A DNA stretch of 32,000 nt, from contig JBMTVW010000001.1 of the NCBI GenBank assembly GCA_049451775.1, positions 178,234 to 210,233 of the forward strand. Reading direction: 5' to 3'. Positions 16,761 to 26,003 of the stretch are shown here, piece by piece. The notes below the pieces were generated by a model. That model was not told where the DNA came from, made no database searches, and saw only the letters and a program-made list of their open reading frames with translations. This stretch comes from Opitutales bacterium. GTDB taxonomy: Bacteria; Verrucomicrobiota; Verrucomicrobiia; Opitutales; Oceanipulchritudinaceae. Both the position numbers and the translations under genes were made by a program. Each line of letters opens with the position of its first letter. The stretch's first letter is position 1.

Positions 16761-18599
16761 ATGGGTATGCAAAATTCATCAACCGGCAAATTGAGTCGAA
16801 TTCTGGCCTGTGCCAGCCTGATCACTGGGCTGTGTGGTCCCCTGAGCGGGCAGGAGGATCTTGTTGAGCTGACGGCGTTCACCGTGTACGCGGGAGCCCA
16901 GACGGTGTCAGGCGGGCAGGCGGTGCAGTTGAGCGACCGGATGGCCCGGGAGGCACGGGTCGACCTGCAGAGCAGGGGGGGGACGCGCTACCAGACCGAC
17001 ATATCGATTCGCGGAGGCATATTTGAGGGGACCGGCCTGATGGTTGGTGGACTGGCCCTTTTCGATCCGCAGACGGGGCATTATTTTTCCGAGATCCCGC
17101 TGGACCCGGCTTTCTTTGGGGGAGCCTATCTATTGACCGGAGTGGAAAACGGGATCCATGGATTCAACTCGACTGCCGGGACCATCAACTGGCAGTGGGC
17201 GCCGATCCGGGACGGGGGCCAGGCCTTTGTCCGGGCCGGGAGCAACAACCACATCGGTGGCGGAGTCCGTGCCGGGGGTGCGGCGGGAAGCGCCCGTTAC
17301 GAAATTTCCCTGACCAGCGAGCAGGGGGATGGCAGTGTCGAAAACGGTGACTTTGACCTGACCCGGTTGAGCGGCCGGATGGAATACACGATTGGGGAAG
17401 GGACACTGAGGGTCTTTGGCGGCTACCTGCAGAAGTTTTACGGCTGGCCGGGAATGTACACCGGTTTTCCCTTGAACGAGACGGATGACTACTCGGTCAG
17501 TCTCCTTGGATGGCAGTATGAGCTGACGGGTGAGGGCGATGGTTCATCCCACCGGGTCGGGGGCTACTGGCGCCGGATTGACGATGATTACGAGTACAAG
17601 CGGGAAACACCAAACAACTATTTCGAGCACTTGACGGAAGTCTACAGCCTGCAGGGTGACGGGGTCTTTGCCATGGACGCGATGGAACTGGTCTATCGCT
17701 GGGCCTACGTGACCGACCGGATCGCCCGCAGCACCAGCCTGGTCAACGGTGATTTCAGCGAGCGTGACTACGGTGAGGCCGCCCTCCTTGGACGGCACCG
17801 CATCGATACCCGTTGGGGGGAGCTGCAGGCCTATGCGGGCATGGCCCTCGACACCACCAACGAGGACGCCACCGTTGGTCTGCCGCAGGCAGGAATCCGG
17901 GCCGAAGGGATTTCCCAGCAGTTCAGCTGGACCGCATACCTCGAGTATGCGGAGAGTTCACAGGTGCCGGGATACACGGTCCTTAACTCAGCAGGGAGCG
18001 GCCTCTTCGGGGGGGACAAGAACCTTGGCCGGGAACGCGCCTCCAGCGTGGAGGCCGGATTCTCAATCCAGACCGACTCGGTCAGTGCCAAACTGGTTGC
18101 CTTTCAGCGCAAGGACGAGGGCTTGATCGACTGGGTCTTTGACTCCGGATCGCCCAGTGCCCGGAAGGCCTCCCCGGTGGATATCGAAGTCCGTGGGGTC
18201 GAGGGATTGCTTCGATGGGACCTCGGTGAGACCGCCCTGGAGCTGGGCTATGCCTGGCTGGATAAGGACGAGGAGTACCGCAATCCGGGAGTCGATGCCA
18301 GCTTCTACGCGCTCAATTATGCTCGTCACCGGATCCTGGCCACCCTCGAACACAAGATCGGGGAGCTCCTTTCACTCCGGATCGAGGGAGAGTACCGGAA
18401 GCATCCCGACAATTTCCTTCGCCAGGGAGGCGACGAGGCCATGCGACTCAACGCCGAACTTTCCGTTCCGGAAGTCCTTGGGAGTGACTTTGACCTGGTC
18501 CTGCGGGGCAATAACCTGACCAAGGAGCATTTCCAGACCGTACCCGGTACCCGTGGCGCCGGTCGGGAGGCTTACCTGACCCTCAGTTACGGCTGGTAA
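16761..18599 (+). CDS. TonB-dependent outer-membrane receptor
   Basis: Signal peptide, TonB-box-like LVELTAFTVYA, plug-domain pattern (DISIRGG...LVDG-like GLMVGGLAL...NGIHGFNSTAGTINW), a long beta-barrel-like region, and a terminal aromatic (...LTLSYGW). ATG 16761 has the SD GGAGAA; the ORF-track TTG 16731 is less likely. Confidence 0.88.
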   Translation: MGMQNSSTGKLSRILACASLITGLCGPLSGQEDLVELTAFTVYAGAQTVSGGQAVQLSDRMAREARVDLQSRGGTRYQTDISIRGGIFEGTGLMVGGLALFDPQTGHYFSEIPLDPAFFGGAYLLTGVENGIHGFNSTAGTINWQWAPIRDGGQAFVRAGSNNHIGGGVRAGGAAGSARYEISLTSEQGDGSVENGDFDLTRLSGRMEYTIGEGTLRVFGGYLQKFYGWPGMYTGFPLNETDDYSVSLLGWQYELTGEGDGSSHRVGGYWRRIDDDYEYKRETPNNYFEHLTEVYSLQGDGVFAMDAMELVYRWAYVTDRIARSTSLVNGDFSERDYGEAALLGRHRIDTRWGELQAYAGMALDTTNEDATVGLPQAGIRAEGISQQFSWTAYLEYAESSQVPGYTVLNSAGSGLFGGDKNLGRERASSVEAGFSIQTDSVSAKLVAFQRKDEGLIDWVFDSGSPSARKASPVDIEVRGVEGLLRWDLGETALELGYAWLDKDEEYRNPGVDASFYALNYARHRILATLEHKIGELLSLRIEGEYRKHPDNFLRQGGDEAMRLNAELSVPEVLGSDFDLVLRGNNLTKEHFQTVPGTRGAGREAYLTLSYGW

Positions 18600-19455
18600 T
18601 CCAGCGGCGGTGGGCCAGCTCTGCCCATGCCAGTGCCACGACGAGGATGATCAACCCCGGGACCAGGCGGCCCATGGACGCCTGCTCGCCGAAAATGGTC
18701 GCCGAGATAACCGTTGCCAGGGGGATTTTCAGATTATTGAAGACCGCCAGGCTGGCCGGATTGACCCTGACCGCACCCGCGTTCCAGAGGTAGAAACCCA
18801 GTCCGGAGGCAATGGACCCAAGGTACAGGAGCGCCCCCCACTGCGAAAGATCAAGCCCGGCCAGTTGGGCAAGGGGATTGCCCGGCAATGCGAAGGGGAG
18901 GGTGAGCAGAAGGGCCCCCAGGTAAAGCAGGGCGTAGCCATCCAGATCACCCATTGAGGGATGCCGTACCCGGAGGGAACGCCAGGCCACCTGCCCGGCC
19001 GCGAAACACAGGTTTGCCGCCTGCATCAGGAGAATGCCCGGCAGCTTTTGCGGGATCGATTGGGGATGAAAAACCCACAGGGCGCCGGCGACCGCAAGGA
19101 GGGCGGTCAGCCAGAACCAGGCCGGAGGGTAGCGGCGTTCCAGTACGGCATCCGTCAGGACCACGTACAGGGGCGTGAAAATGGTCAGCAAGGCGACCTC
19201 GTAGCCACTGAGGTAGCGGAAGGCAGAGAACAGGCAGACGTACATCAGCCCGTACTGGATGGCCCCGATCCCCAGCAACTGGAGGTTCAGGAGGCTGGGA
19301 ACCCGGTGAATCCGTTTGAGAAAGGGGAGGAAGCAGGGCAGGGCGATCAGCATTCGCATCATCGCCAGAGTGGGACCGCTCAGGTCGGAAAACTCGGCCT
19401 TAACCAGTCCAAAGGAAAATCCCCAAATCAGGGAAACGGCCAGCAGGTAGAGCAT
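18583..19455 (-). CDS. EamA/DMT-family transporter
   Basis: 290 aa with about 10 TM helices arranged as two EamA-like halves (LAVSLIWGFSFGLVK...). Its 3' end overlaps the convergent receptor gene by 17 nt. Confidence 0.88.
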   Translation of the reverse strand: MLYLLAVSLIWGFSFGLVKAEFSDLSGPTLAMMRMLIALPCFLPFLKRIHRVPSLLNLQLLGIGAIQYGLMYVCLFSAFRYLSGYEVALLTIFTPLYVVLTDAVLERRYPPAWFWLTALLAVAGALWVFHPQSIPQKLPGILLMQAANLCFAAGQVAWRSLRVRHPSMGDLDGYALLYLGALLLTLPFALPGNPLAQLAGLDLSQWGALLYLGSIASGLGFYLWNAGAVRVNPASLAVFNNLKIPLATVISATIFGEQASMGRLVPGLIILVVALAWAELAHRRWITSRN

Positions 19456-19464
19456 CCCTGTGCC

Positions 19465-20079
19465 TCATGCGGAAGCTCTTCCGGGCTGGGCCTTGGCCCG
19501 CTTCCGGAGGTCCAGCATATGGAGATAGAGATTCCGGCTGACCCATGCATCGGTGCCGGCGTACTGGATTTGCGCCTCGGTGAGGTTGGATCTGGCCCAG
19601 TTGGAAACCTGGGCCCGCTTGGAAATACGAATGTTCAGCAGCAGTCCAGCCAGGCTGCGCAGGCCCGTGTTGAGAATGCCCGCTTTCTGGGTCAGGTCGG
19701 CCACTTCCTTGAATCCGGCCGGCTGGAAGTCTTTCAGTTCCTGAAGCTTCTTGATATCATCAGAGATGGCCACGCCGACCTTCTTGATGGAGCTGTCGCC
19801 GAGGATGCGCCACAAGCTGTCCGGGTTATTCAGTTTCTTCACCTGGAACAGCCAGACGTGATCACTTCCCCCCAGCTGGATCAGGGAAACCGGAAAGTTT
19901 TGCCCCTTTTTGAAGGAGGGCCGTGATTCGGTGTCGAACCCAAGGACCTTCTCTTTGCGGATCAGGGGAATCACCTGATCCAGTTTTACGTCGTCGTCGA
20001 TGATTGTAATTGGCCCTTCATAGGCCACCAGTGGCAAGGCGTTGATCTCTTCTTTGGTTATTTTAATTGAAGGAGGCAT
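19465..20079 (-). CDS. 3'-5' exonuclease domain protein (DEDD family, RNase D/WRN-exo-like)
   Basis: ExoI motif LGFDTE, VSLIQLG..., a later DIKKL region, and a YAGTDAW (ExoIII Yx3D-like) motif. 204 aa, lying 9 nt upstream of the EamA gene on the same strand. Confidence 0.85.
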   Translation of the reverse strand: MPPSIKITKEEINALPLVAYEGPITIIDDDVKLDQVIPLIRKEKVLGFDTESRPSFKKGQNFPVSLIQLGGSDHVWLFQVKKLNNPDSLWRILGDSSIKKVGVAISDDIKKLQELKDFQPAGFKEVADLTQKAGILNTGLRSLAGLLLNIRISKRAQVSNWARSNLTEAQIQYAGTDAWVSRNLYLHMLDLRKRAKAQPGRASA

Positions 20080-20151
20080 AGTGGCGTCTGGTCGGCCGCA
20101 CTCAGGCCGTGACTAGATTAGTAGGTGAAGCTCCACTGGAATGGCAAGGCA

Positions 20152-20598
20152 TCAGAGCTCATGGCCCTGATTTTTCCATTTTTTTATGGTCTCCACCATG
20201 GCGGGAGGAATTTCCGCTCCCTGCAGGTTTCCATCGCCCGTGCGGGTGGCCGCGGCCGTGGTCATGGTACCGGTGGCACAGGTTTTCCCGTCCGGGCCAG
20301 TGAAGACGAATTGGTACTGGATCCGGTTATGAGACAGTTCGGCGATAGTGAGCTCTATCCTCACGGTATCATCGAACCCGATGGGCCGGCGGAACCGGCA
20401 TTGGCAATTGACCCTTGGAAAGCCAAAGGTCTGTTCATTGCCCGTTTCCAGTAGAGTCAGGCCGAGATTCCTGAACAGCTCGGCCTCGGCCTCCTCCATC
20501 AGGGTGAAGTAGGTGGTGAAGTGGACCAGCCCTGCCGCGTCGGTCTGGGAAAAGGCGATGCGGCGCTCGATGACCAGTGGATTGCGAGGAAGCGTCAT
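20152..20598 (-). CDS. Acyl-CoA thioesterase, 4HBT/YbgC-like hotdog fold
   Basis: 148 aa. The N-terminal RIAFSQTDAAGLVHFTTYFTLMEEAEAELF matches the YbgC/4HBT catalytic Asp region, and the length is typical of a hotdog fold. Confidence 0.85.
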   Translation of the reverse strand: MTLPRNPLVIERRIAFSQTDAAGLVHFTTYFTLMEEAEAELFRNLGLTLLETGNEQTFGFPRVNCQCRFRRPIGFDDTVRIELTIAELSHNRIQYQFVFTGPDGKTCATGTMTTAAATRTGDGNLQGAEIPPAMVETIKKWKNQGHEL

Positions 20599-20685
20599 GC
20601 CGGAATCGAATTAAAGAAGGGCTCTGGAGGCAATCACCATTTGCTCCCCGGCGGGAAAGGAAGGGAAGGCTTGATTCGCGCCGCG

Positions 20686-20766
20686 GGAGGTGAGTAAATG
20701 AAGGTTTCTGTATGCCCGGATGATTCACCGCACGCCCCAACGCAGTTACACCTCCCAGTCGATTGA
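20686..20766 (+). promoter_or_regulatory. Strong Shine-Dalgarno (GGAGGTGA) plus a 22-codon upstream ORF overlapping the SNF2 start codon (candidate leader/coupling element)
   Basis: GGAGG at 20686-20690 lies 7 nt before ATG 20698. The ORF encodes MKVSVCPDDSPHAPTQLHLPVD and stops at 20764-20766, a different frame from SNF2 (ATG 20720). The SNF2 ATG has no SD of its own. Confidence 0.25.
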
Positions 20767-23194
20767 ACTCTGGTTCAAGCGACTGAACCGCGACTGGGAA
20801 TGCTATTTCTCGCGTGAAGAGCTGAAGTGGGGCCGCCAGTATTACCGGAACGCCGAGATTCGTTCCACGGAGTTGCTCGATAACAGTGCCATCATTCATT
20901 TCAAGCGGGGCAAGGAACCGCTTTATGTCATTGTCGACTGGGACGGTGATACTCCGAGTTTCCGTGAATCACATCCCGACGAGGCCCCCGGCCACGGGCT
21001 AGCGGTGGCCGGAATGTACGAATTGGAGGAGCTTATCGCGGATGAGCTGCCACCAGTGGTGGAAGATCTTCCGGAGGGGACCGAACCTGCCGCTCGCAGG
21101 GCCACTCCCGACCTGAGGGTGTTCGAGGCCACCCCGAGAGAAGGCCGGGTCCTGCAAGTCAGGCTGGTTCCGCGCATGGATGGACTGTGGATGGAGGCTG
21201 GGTGGAAAAAGAAGGGCAGTGAGATCGACTGGTCCCATTTTTCGCTTCGGGACCTGACCCGCTGGGAGCGAGAACAATTGATTGGCTATACGGCCCGGGC
21301 TCATCGATGCGGTTTTCGCCCGGGCAACCGGGAGGGAACCTACCGCATCGGGGATGCCAACATGATTGATCGCTTTTTCAGGGTCGAGCTGAAGGAATGG
21401 AAAGCCCGTTACCCAATGATCGAGGCACCCGGGCTGGATAAATGGAGGGTTGGCCTGAAGCTGGTTCGCCCGGTGATCGAGGTGATTGCCAGCGGGCCCA
21501 ATGCCCGCTACCGGTTCGACTTCGGGACGGGTGCCGGGGTCGTCGGGGAAGAGCTGCGCAACCGGCTGTTCAAGACCCCGGGGCACACGCATTTCCGGCC
21601 AGGGGAGGGTATTTTCCAGGTGGATCCCAAGTCACTGGGCAGCGTTCACGAATGGAAGACCCTCCTGCCTGCCGAGGGCCAGGGAATCCTGCCCAAGTAT
21701 CTGCTTTTCACCTTTGCCCGTGATCCTCATGTGGACTTGAAGCTCTCCTCGGAAATCGAGCAATGGAAACGCGACGTACAGGGTGCGGTTTCCAGCGGGG
21801 AAGGACTGGATTTGCCGGAATACCTCCGCGAATACCAGCGCGACGGGGTCGCATGGCTCAACAAGCTGGAAGTCTGCGGTTGTCCCGGATTGCTGGCCGA
21901 TGAGATGGGGCTGGGCAAGACGCTGCAGGTCCTCAATTTCCTCTTCATAAAAAAGGCCTTGGGGAGCAAGCCCGTACTGGTGGTTTGTCCGGCCAGTGTG
22001 GTCCCGGTCTGGCAAAATGAAGTGAAGCGGTTTTTTCCGGGAACGGAAGTGAAGGTTCTCTCCAGTACCCAGTCCTTTACCGGTGAGGAGCCGGTCCTCT
22101 GGCTGAGCAGCTACACCCAGTTGCGCAGGAACAAGCACCTGCTGGAGTCAGCACGGTTTGAGTACGCCATCCTTGACGAGGCCCAGAGCATCAAAAACCC
22201 AGACGCCAAGGTGACCCACTCCTGTTTCGCCATCCAGAGCCGCTTCCGGATTGCCCTGACCGGCACCCCCATGGAAAACCGCCCCATGGACCTGTGGACC
22301 CTGTTCCGTTTCCTGATGCCGGGATTCCTTGGAACCCGGAGGCATTTCTCCGAGCAGGTCAAGGATTCGGCCGAATTCATCCCCCGGCTCCGAGAACAGA
22401 TCAGTCCCTTTATTCTCCGGCGAACCAAGGCCGCCGTGGCCAAGGACCTGCCCCCGAAGGTCGAGATTGACTGGATCTGTCCATTGACCCCGGTGCAGCG
22501 CCGGTGCTACGAGGAATTGACCCGGGGGGCAGCCGAATCCTTCAAGGGTCGCCTACCGGACCTGCTCCGGGAAAAACGCATTCACCTTTTCAGCCTGTTG
22601 ACCCGTCTGCGCCAGGCTTGCTGCGATCCGTCCCTGCTCCCGGGGCAGAAAATAACCGGGAACGACAGCGGGAAGCTACAGAGCCTGGCCGGCCGCCTGT
22701 CGGAGGCCTTCGAGGGAGGTTCCAAGGTGGTGGTTTTCAGCCAGTTCGTCCAGTTCCTGAGACGGGCCCGGACCGCTGTCCGGGCTGAGTTTCCGGATGT
22801 TCCGCAGATCGAGCTGACGGGATCGACCATCGACCGTGACCGTCCGGTGCAGCGGTTCCGTGAAATCGAGGGTGCGGCCGTCTTTTTCATCAGTCTCAAG
22901 GCTGGGGGAACAGGGCTGAACCTGCAGGAGGCGGACTATGTCTTCCTTCTGGACCCGTGGTGGAACCCCGCCGTCGAGGCGCAGGCCATCGACCGGGTTC
23001 ACCGGATCGGGCAGCAGCAACGGGTGATTGTCTACCGGATGGTGACCAAGGGGACCATTGAGGAGCGCATCGACCGCCTGAAAAAGGAGAAAGGGCAGAT
23101 GTTTGAGGAACTCCTGTCCGATCTGGATGCGCCGGTGGATCTGCTCAGCCAGTTCAGCGACATCGAGGAACTGATTGCCTTGAGGGAAGACTAG
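20720..23194 (+). CDS. SNF2-family DNA-dependent ATPase/helicase with N-terminal SWIM-like and SNF2-associated region
   Basis: Helicase motifs are LADEMGLGKTLQ (I), DEAQSIKN (II), LTGTPMEN (III), and C-terminal GGTGLNL / DPWWNPAVEAQAIDRVHRIGQ (V-VI). The ~370-aa N-terminal region resembles the bacterial SWIM plus SNF2-associated architecture. Confidence 0.92.
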   Translation: MIHRTPQRSYTSQSIELWFKRLNRDWECYFSREELKWGRQYYRNAEIRSTELLDNSAIIHFKRGKEPLYVIVDWDGDTPSFRESHPDEAPGHGLAVAGMYELEELIADELPPVVEDLPEGTEPAARRATPDLRVFEATPREGRVLQVRLVPRMDGLWMEAGWKKKGSEIDWSHFSLRDLTRWEREQLIGYTARAHRCGFRPGNREGTYRIGDANMIDRFFRVELKEWKARYPMIEAPGLDKWRVGLKLVRPVIEVIASGPNARYRFDFGTGAGVVGEELRNRLFKTPGHTHFRPGEGIFQVDPKSLGSVHEWKTLLPAEGQGILPKYLLFTFARDPHVDLKLSSEIEQWKRDVQGAVSSGEGLDLPEYLREYQRDGVAWLNKLEVCGCPGLLADEMGLGKTLQVLNFLFIKKALGSKPVLVVCPASVVPVWQNEVKRFFPGTEVKVLSSTQSFTGEEPVLWLSSYTQLRRNKHLLESARFEYAILDEAQSIKNPDAKVTHSCFAIQSRFRIALTGTPMENRPMDLWTLFRFLMPGFLGTRRHFSEQVKDSAEFIPRLREQISPFILRRTKAAVAKDLPPKVEIDWICPLTPVQRRCYEELTRGAAESFKGRLPDLLREKRIHLFSLLTRLRQACCDPSLLPGQKITGNDSGKLQSLAGRLSEAFEGGSKVVVFSQFVQFLRRARTAVRAEFPDVPQIELTGSTIDRDRPVQRFREIEGAAVFFISLKAGGTGLNLQEADYVFLLDPWWNPAVEAQAIDRVHRIGQQQRVIVYRMVTKGTIEERIDRLKKEKGQMFEELLSDLDAPVDLLSQFSDIEELIALRED

Positions 23195-23197
23195 GGG

Positions 23198-23914
23198 CTA
23201 GGCGAACTCGATCGCGATAATGGTGTAGTTGTCAGGGGATCCGGCTGCCTCCACCTTGAAGGAGAGGGATTGCCCGATCGAGGCGACCGGTTCGCGGCGG
23301 CAAAGGATGGCGTGGAGCACGCCTTCAGGCAGGGGTTTGATGACCCCGTCCGTCAGCAGGAAAAGCCGGTCGCCGCCTTGTATTGGAAATTCCGCTACTT
23401 GCGGATCGATGTAAAGGTCCTGGCCAATGCACTGGGTGAGGGTGTGATGGGCGGAAAGGGGGATTGCCTCGGAGGCGTCCATCCACTGGTCGTCCATCAT
23501 CCGGGCGGCGACGGTGTGCTCCCTTGTCAGCACCTCCAGCTTGTCCCCGTGCACCAGGTAGGCGGCCGAGTCGCCGACATGGGCCAGCTGCAGGAGTTTG
23601 CCCTCCTCGTTAGTCCTTGCCACGGTGAGGGTGGTCCCGAACCCCGAGGCGGCCATGGAGTAACCCACATCCCTGATCTCCTCGTTGGTTTCGGTGACCG
23701 TCTGCAGGAGGCTGGCCCCGGGGTTCTCGTTCAGTCTGCGCTTAAGGACCTCCAGGGTCAGGCGACTGGCCTTTTCCCCCATGGGCAGGCCCCCCAGTCC
23801 GTCGGCCACCGCGAACAGCCCGTTGGCGGGATCCAGCAGGTAGCTGTCCTGGTTTTCATGCCGGACAACCCCGGTCTCCGTTAGGCCGAAGGAAGCTCTA
23901 ATCATTCCATCCAT
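23198..23914 (-). CDS. PP2C-family Ser/Thr protein phosphatase
   Basis: RHENQDSYL, FAVADGLGG, HVGDSAAYL and LLTDGV are the metal-binding Asp motifs of PPM/PP2C. 238 aa. M4 is a possible alternative start. Confidence 0.9.
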   Translation of the reverse strand: MDGMIRASFGLTETGVVRHENQDSYLLDPANGLFAVADGLGGLPMGEKASRLTLEVLKRRLNENPGASLLQTVTETNEEIRDVGYSMAASGFGTTLTVARTNEEGKLLQLAHVGDSAAYLVHGDKLEVLTREHTVAARMMDDQWMDASEAIPLSAHHTLTQCIGQDLYIDPQVAEFPIQGGDRLFLLTDGVIKPLPEGVLHAILCRREPVASIGQSLSFKVEAAGSPDNYTIIAIEFA

Positions 23915-23960
23915 GTTATTGACCGCTGAATCACTGGCAACCGCAAAGGAAACGGGCGAT

Positions 23961-26003
23961 CTAGGGAATTTTCCTGTACTGGTCGTGTGGTAGCACTTCG
24001 AGAAACAGGGATCCGTAGGCCTTGGTTACAATGCGAGAATCGAGGATGACGAGTTTGCCTTCGTCGGTGTGGTTGCGGATAAGGCGGCCGATTCCCTGGC
24101 GAAACTTTATCAGGGCGGCCGGCAGGGTGAGCTCGGCAAAGGGGCTTTTCCCTTGCCGGCGACACAGTTCGGAGCGGGCCTCGGCCACGGGATGGGTCGG
24201 GTTTTCAAAGGGAAGCCGGGTTATGATGACCTGTGAAAGGGCCACCCCGGGGACGTCCACGCCAGTCCAGAAGGAGTCGGTCCCGAGGAGGATGGCATTG
24301 CCCAATTCCTTGAATGACTGGAGCAATTGTGATCGGCCGATACCGGTACCTTGGCAAAGGAGGGTCCTTCCGGCCTTCCGCAACCGTGGCTCCAGTATGG
24401 TCCGGACTGCCAGAAGATCGCGGTAGCTGGTGAAGAGGGCCAGCGTTCCCCCATCAATCGAGAGGGCATGGTCGGCGATCTGGGCGGCCAGGAAGGTGGT
24501 GTTCAGCCGGCCGTCGTCGGAGGATGGCTCGGGCGCGCTGTGATGGATGAGGATTTCCATCTGAAGGGGGTAGTCGAACGGTGAAGCGGCCTGCTCGGAC
24601 GGGACTACGGCTGCGCCCAGCTTGGTCTTGAAGGAGTCCATGTCGGGCCCCTCGGCCAGGGTGGCGCTGGTCAGGAGCAATCCCGTACAGCGCTCGAAGA
24701 GCCGTATGCGGAGAATTGGGGCAATATCGAGGGGAGCGGATCGAAAGTAGACTCGGTCGCCTTCCCGGCCGGCGGTCTCCAGCCAGTAGACGGACTGTGA
24801 ATCGCTCAGCTCGATGATCTCGTTGATGCCTTCCCGGTAGGTTTGCAGGGCCCGGCGAACCCCTTCCAATTCATCGCGCTCGGCGCCCTCCTCGAGCCGG
24901 TTTTCCAGTTGTGTGAGGGAATGAACGAGGTCGCGCAGGGGGATATCGAGGTCATTCGGGTGCCAGCTGGGGGTCTGTAGGCGGATCGGGCGTCCGGTGG
25001 TCAGGAAAGCCTCCCGGATGCCCTTGAAATATTCTGAGGCGCCCTCGGTCAGGGCCATGACCTGGTTGCGCAGGCCGGGATTGCCATGCCGGGCCAACAG
25101 GCCCCGTGCCTTTGGTTTTCGTTTCTGATACAGCTTCAAGAGCTGACGTCTCAGCCCAAGGGCGCTCAGCCGGAGCCCAAAGTATTCTGTGGCCACCGCG
25201 GGAAGGGTGTGGGCTTCGTCAATGACCATGAAATCCTCCGGAAAGAGGATGCCCGGCACCTTGCCGGTGGGAAAATGCCCGGCGGACAGGAGGGCGAACA
25301 GGAGACTGTGGTTGACGATGATGACATTAGCTTGGCGAACCGCCTCCCGGGCCCGCCTGAAGTGGCAGTTCTTGGGGGAGCAATTGCGGTTGTTGCAGGC
25401 ATGACCGTCGGCATGGACCCATTCCCAGACTTCCGGCAGTGGCTGTGGATCGAGTTCCTGCAGGAGACCCGTCCCGGTGGACCTGGCCCAGTCGGCTATC
25501 CGCTGCAGTTCCAGTTGCTCATTGCTGGGGAAGAGCTCGCTCTTCGACTTCAGGGCTTGTGCCAGTCGTGTCCCGCACAGGTAATTGCCCCGCCCAACGA
25601 GGACGGCATGCTTGAAACCGGAGCAGAACGACAGAGATTCATCCGACTCAAACAATTTCCTGCAAAGAGGGAGGTCCTTGCGCTCGAGCTGTTCCTGCAG
25701 GGCGATGGTATGTGTACTGACCACCAGCGGTCGTTCGCTGGTGACCGCCTGAATTAGACCCGGCACAAGATAGGCCAGGCTTTTACCCACCCCGGTACCG
25801 GCCTCGAAGAACAGGGCGTCATCTACCTGCCATGAGGACTGGGTCCGCCGGGCCATCAGTTCCTGTTCCGGCCGGTGCTCCAATCCCAGGTTTTCCTGCA
25901 GCAACCCGCCTTGGGCAAAGATGCGCCGAACGGCTTCCTCCACGTCGATGGAAGGGGTCCCGGTCGCGGATTTTCCCGCATAGGCGTCGTTCAGCCCGAT
26001 CAT
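23961..26003 (-). CDS. dinG: ATP-dependent DinG/XPD(Rad3)-like Fe-S helicase
   Basis: Walker A EAGTGVGKSLAYL and DEAH box (VIDEAHTL). A four-Cys pattern (LCGTR ... CNNRNCSPKNC) fits the Fe-S insert of DinG/XPD. The C-terminus has GxDxPG (WTGVDVPG) and FRQGIGRLIR. The start is set at ATG 26003. The ORF-track extension to 26246 overlaps the divergent gene, and the stretch 26004-26096 has only ~52% GC3 by my count. ATG 26096 is an alternative start. Confidence 0.88.
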   Translation of the reverse strand: MIGLNDAYAGKSATGTPSIDVEEAVRRIFAQGGLLQENLGLEHRPEQELMARRTQSSWQVDDALFFEAGTGVGKSLAYLVPGLIQAVTSERPLVVSTHTIALQEQLERKDLPLCRKLFESDESLSFCSGFKHAVLVGRGNYLCGTRLAQALKSKSELFPSNEQLELQRIADWARSTGTGLLQELDPQPLPEVWEWVHADGHACNNRNCSPKNCHFRRAREAVRQANVIIVNHSLLFALLSAGHFPTGKVPGILFPEDFMVIDEAHTLPAVATEYFGLRLSALGLRRQLLKLYQKRKPKARGLLARHGNPGLRNQVMALTEGASEYFKGIREAFLTTGRPIRLQTPSWHPNDLDIPLRDLVHSLTQLENRLEEGAERDELEGVRRALQTYREGINEIIELSDSQSVYWLETAGREGDRVYFRSAPLDIAPILRIRLFERCTGLLLTSATLAEGPDMDSFKTKLGAAVVPSEQAASPFDYPLQMEILIHHSAPEPSSDDGRLNTTFLAAQIADHALSIDGGTLALFTSYRDLLAVRTILEPRLRKAGRTLLCQGTGIGRSQLLQSFKELGNAILLGTDSFWTGVDVPGVALSQVIITRLPFENPTHPVAEARSELCRRQGKSPFAELTLPAALIKFRQGIGRLIRNHTDEGKLVILDSRIVTKAYGSLFLEVLPHDQYRKIP

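Noticed and set aside
20080-20151. A short hairpin (CGGCC-N7-GGCCG) between the thioesterase and exonuclease genes, considered as a terminator
   Set aside because: It has only a 5-bp stem and no adjoining T/A tract in the minus-strand sense. The three minus-strand genes more likely form one operon.
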